From: the human T2T-CHM13v2.0 reference genome, Homo sapiens
Assembly: GCA_009914755.4 (NCBI GenBank)
Contig: CP068257.2
Span: 35,200,001 to 35,264,000, forward strand
Length of the DNA stretch: 64,000 bases
Reading direction: 5' to 3'
Shown here: positions 60,601-64,000 of the stretch, in pieces
How the letters are laid out: the number at the start of each line of letters is the position of its first letter
How positions within the stretch are numbered: position 1 is the stretch's first letter
The notes under the pieces: model-generated
The model's database searches: none
Seen by the model: the letters and a program-made list of their open reading frames with translations, nothing else
What the model was told of the DNA's origin: nothing
Translations under genes and position numbers: made by a program

Positions 60601-61868
60601 AACATACAATTCTAATTTTAAAAGGAAATTGTACTAACCAGAGATATTCTATCCCAAGTGAAATTCAAGTAAATAAACGAAACTACTACTACTGAGCACC
60701 TATTAAAGGTCAGAAATTGTACTGGCACTTTCATACTTACCATTGTATTTAATTTAGATCACAGCTCATTAATAAAGGTATTACTGCCCACAATATACAC
60801 ATAGTAGTACAGAGGAACAAAAAAGTAACTTGTCCCACTAATTAGCTCAAGAGCTGAGACTTTAACTTAGGACTCCCGTTATAGCTTTACCACTCATCTC
60901 ATTGAAAAAATAAAAAATTAAGAGAATTGTCAAGAGTTAGACATATTAGCTAGCCTGATTTTCTTTTGTAATAAGATTAGTATACAAGTAGATATTGGAA
61001 GTATGGGGAACATAGTACATTACGATTTCAGCAAAGCATCTGTCAGAAGTAATATAGTATTACAAACTAACAATTAGGGCTCTTAACACAGATAAAACTC
61101 TTAAATGCTGCTTCTATCACTTACTCTTTATGTCACTCTGTCCAAGCATTTAAACTCTCTAAGATATAGCTTCCCCCTTATCTCTTTAAAGGGGAACCAT
61201 GATGATAACTATCTCACCAGGTTTTAGTAAAGACCGAATGGTAAAAATCTACAGAATGCATTTAGCATAGTACCTGTCACATAGTAAATGGTAAATTAGT
61301 GTTAACTATTATTATTAAGGCATGATATCTCTTTGGACAAAAAATAATTTGAAATAATTACATAATAATGAAATATCATGAAGTATTGTAAACAACAGTT
61401 ATTAACCCCATCCTATTCAACTTCTGTCAATGTCTGCTTTGTTTTATAATTCACCAAGTATCTTCCAGAAAAGAAAGATTGTAATGGGGTCACTACAGAA
61501 TTATACAGAACTGCTGGCTCAAAAAGAAATATGATTATTTATAATAGGAAATCACCAGCAATGACAAGAATGCATTCACAGAAGATTGCTTAAATAAATT
61601 ATGATAGACTAATCTTGCACATGTAGTGTAGGAGGAAATAAAAGACTAGAAGGAGATACACCAGAAGATTAACATGATTCATATCTCTTCAACTAATTAA
61701 CAAACATATTAAATACCATTTGGGAAAAGATTACATTTTTTTCAACAGTATTTGGATTCAGATTTCCATTTTGGAATGGGGTGGGTTTATAAGGAGCCAT
61801 TCTGGGAGACAGAACTATCTCCAAGGTGACTGGAAGGGGATGCCTCAAGTTATAAGAGCTCAACAGAC

Positions 61869-62150
<282 letters not shown>

Positions 62151-63173
62151 CTCAGTAAATATTTGACTGAACAAATGGTAGGAAATTGCCCAGTATCTGG
62201 TGCTCAGACACATCCACAACACTGCAGAGGGCATTCAAGCCCTCTGGCCCCTGAGGTGCCTGCCAGAGTTTGGACAGACATTTGTTTGTCTGATTTAAGG
62301 TTCAGTAGAAGTCAAATCCCTCATTCGTTTCCAATGATGACAACATGGTGCTGGAAACATTTGGTGCACTTCATGACAATTTTCCAGGTATCAACAGTAA
62401 AAACAGAAACTGCCTGTAATCTTACAACGGTGCTCTATCTCCACTGCCTGGAACAAAGGTTCCAAGAAGGCCTCTTAGCAGTTAGGAAACATGCTCATAT
62501 TTTGCAACAGAAAGAAGGGAAGAGGAGGCAGGAGAAGGAAGAAAAGAGAACAAGATCTGAAACGAAGCTAGAGAAGGCATTTTAATTGAGCTAAAAAACA
62601 AAACAAAACAAAACAAAAACAAATTCTAAAAGTAGCTCCACATCAGAGATTCACAGCCCAGGTTTGCAACATCTAAGTTTCTTGTATTACCTCAATGGGC
62701 ATCACAGAATGCAAAAAAAAAAATCATATTACATTTCATCTTGTTTCCATTTATAAAAGAGAAGATGCCATAGGTTGTTTCCGGAAGTGGAAAGGGTATT
62801 GAAAATGAGTAGAAAGGATGAAAATAAAAACCAGGAAAGCAGGGAGATTGCCACGACTTGCAGAATCCACCTCGAACACTCCACCAGGATTCCAAGCATA
62901 TCAGACCCCACACTCCGATTCCACGGCAGGTTCTATACTATGTTAGTAAGTCAAATAAGCTTTAACAAAACATCGAAATCCAAAATGTCAGCCACGACCT
63001 CATCCAAGACCACTCCACATCTGCCCAAACTCCCCTTACCCCTCCCAGAGCACTCCTTAGGGCGTGGGAGCCGAGGGGCATTTTCCACCACAGCTGAGTT
63101 CTTCACGCCACTGTATCATCCCCTCCTGCGTTCTGGGTGTTTGGGTTGGAAGCGATGCCAGCAGAGAGTTTTT

Positions 63174-63205
63174 GTTTGTTTGTTTGTTTGTTTGTTTGTT
63201 TGTTT
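63174..63205. repeat. (GTTT)n tetranucleotide repeat (expanded Alu poly-A, seen as its complement)
   Basis: 'gtttttgtttgtttgtttgtttgtttgtttgtttgtttt'. Confidence 0.9.
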
Positions 63206-63487
63206 TGAGATAGAGTCTCACTGTCACCCAGGCTGGAGTGCAGTGGCGTGATCTCGGCTCACTGCAACCTCCACCTCCCAGATTCAAGCAATCTCCTGCC
63301 TCAGCCCCTCAACTAGCTGGGACTACAGGTGTGCACCACCATGCCCGACTAATTTTTGTATTTTTAGTAGAGATGGGGTTTCACCATGTTGGCCAGGATG
63401 GTCTCAAACTCCTGACCTCAAGTGATCCACCTACCTCGGCCTCCCAAAGTGCTGGGATTACAGACGTGAGCCACCACGCCTGGCCCG
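63206..63487 (-). mobile_element. Alu SINE (AluS-like), antisense
   Basis: 'gagatagagtctcactgtcacccaggctggagtgcagtggcgtgatctcggctcactgcaacctccacctcccagattcaagcaatctcctgcctcagcccctcaactagctgggactacaggtgtgcaccaccatgcccgactaatttttg..gacgtgagccaccacgcctggcc'. Confidence 0.95.
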
Positions 63488-64000
63488 GCAGAGATTTTTC
63501 TTCTCGGATATCACTCAGCTGTAATTGGAGACATCTGAACACCCACCCGGATCATCACCCCCACTCCCACCCCAGGAGCCACTTTGTCTAACAGGGGCAT
63601 GGAACTCATTCGACTTTCCCTGGGTTCCAGAAGGAAACTCCAATTACTCAGCCACCACTACTGTTAGCGTGGGAAGCTGGGAAGCACGGAATGAAGCCGA
63701 GTTATGAATCATGCACACACAGACAGCTGTCGGGGGATGCATGCCAACCAGAGGGGCCACACATATTCCGTGTTGATGGGACAGCACCTGCAGGAGGCAG
63801 AGAGAACTTGTAACAGATCATATGAAATCCCCATTGCCGTAATTCCTTTTTGGAACAGGGCAGGGCATAAAAAGAAGTAATCCAGATGATCAGCCAGACA
63901 TGAAAAGAAAAGAACTGTCCTCAGGCCAGCTGGGCCTCAGTGTCCGTGTTGGAAGGACACTTCCAGCTTTGGTGGTCTTGATGTCCATACCCTGAGGAAC

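Overview
This window reads as primate (almost certainly human) nuclear DNA from an ordinary, repeat-dense intronic or intergenic region. It is not a prokaryotic or accessory locus, so concepts such as operons, CRISPR arrays or defence systems do not apply. No credible protein-coding exon was found. Every sizeable ORF in the six-frame track lies inside a repeat: Alu-derived ORFs carry the '[24 protein letters not shown]' signature, L1 ORF2p-derived ORFs occur near 6.5, 18.8, 33.4 and 44.6 kb, and GC-rich ORFs sit in LTR sequence. Recognisable content: about 33 Alu elements or fragments (AluJ, AluS and at least two CpG-rich young AluY copies with clean target-site duplications); several L1 3'-end fragments of different ages; one composite L1 with twin-priming-like inversion architecture; MIR elements; one MaLR (MLT1/MST-type) LTR split by an AluY; two copies of the same ERV-class LTR family (LTR12/HERV9-like, tentative), one apparently nested in an antisense L1; a diverged 5S rRNA pseudogene; and numerous micro- and minisatellites, including a 41-bp minisatellite derived from a MIR tail and a ~150-bp polypurine tract. 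All coordinates are hand-estimated and should be read as roughly +/-10 bp. Subfamily assignments come from remembered hallmarks of the repeat families, not from alignment to consensus libraries. I see no evidence of a novel biological 'system'. The findings below are the structurally unusual spots worth checking.
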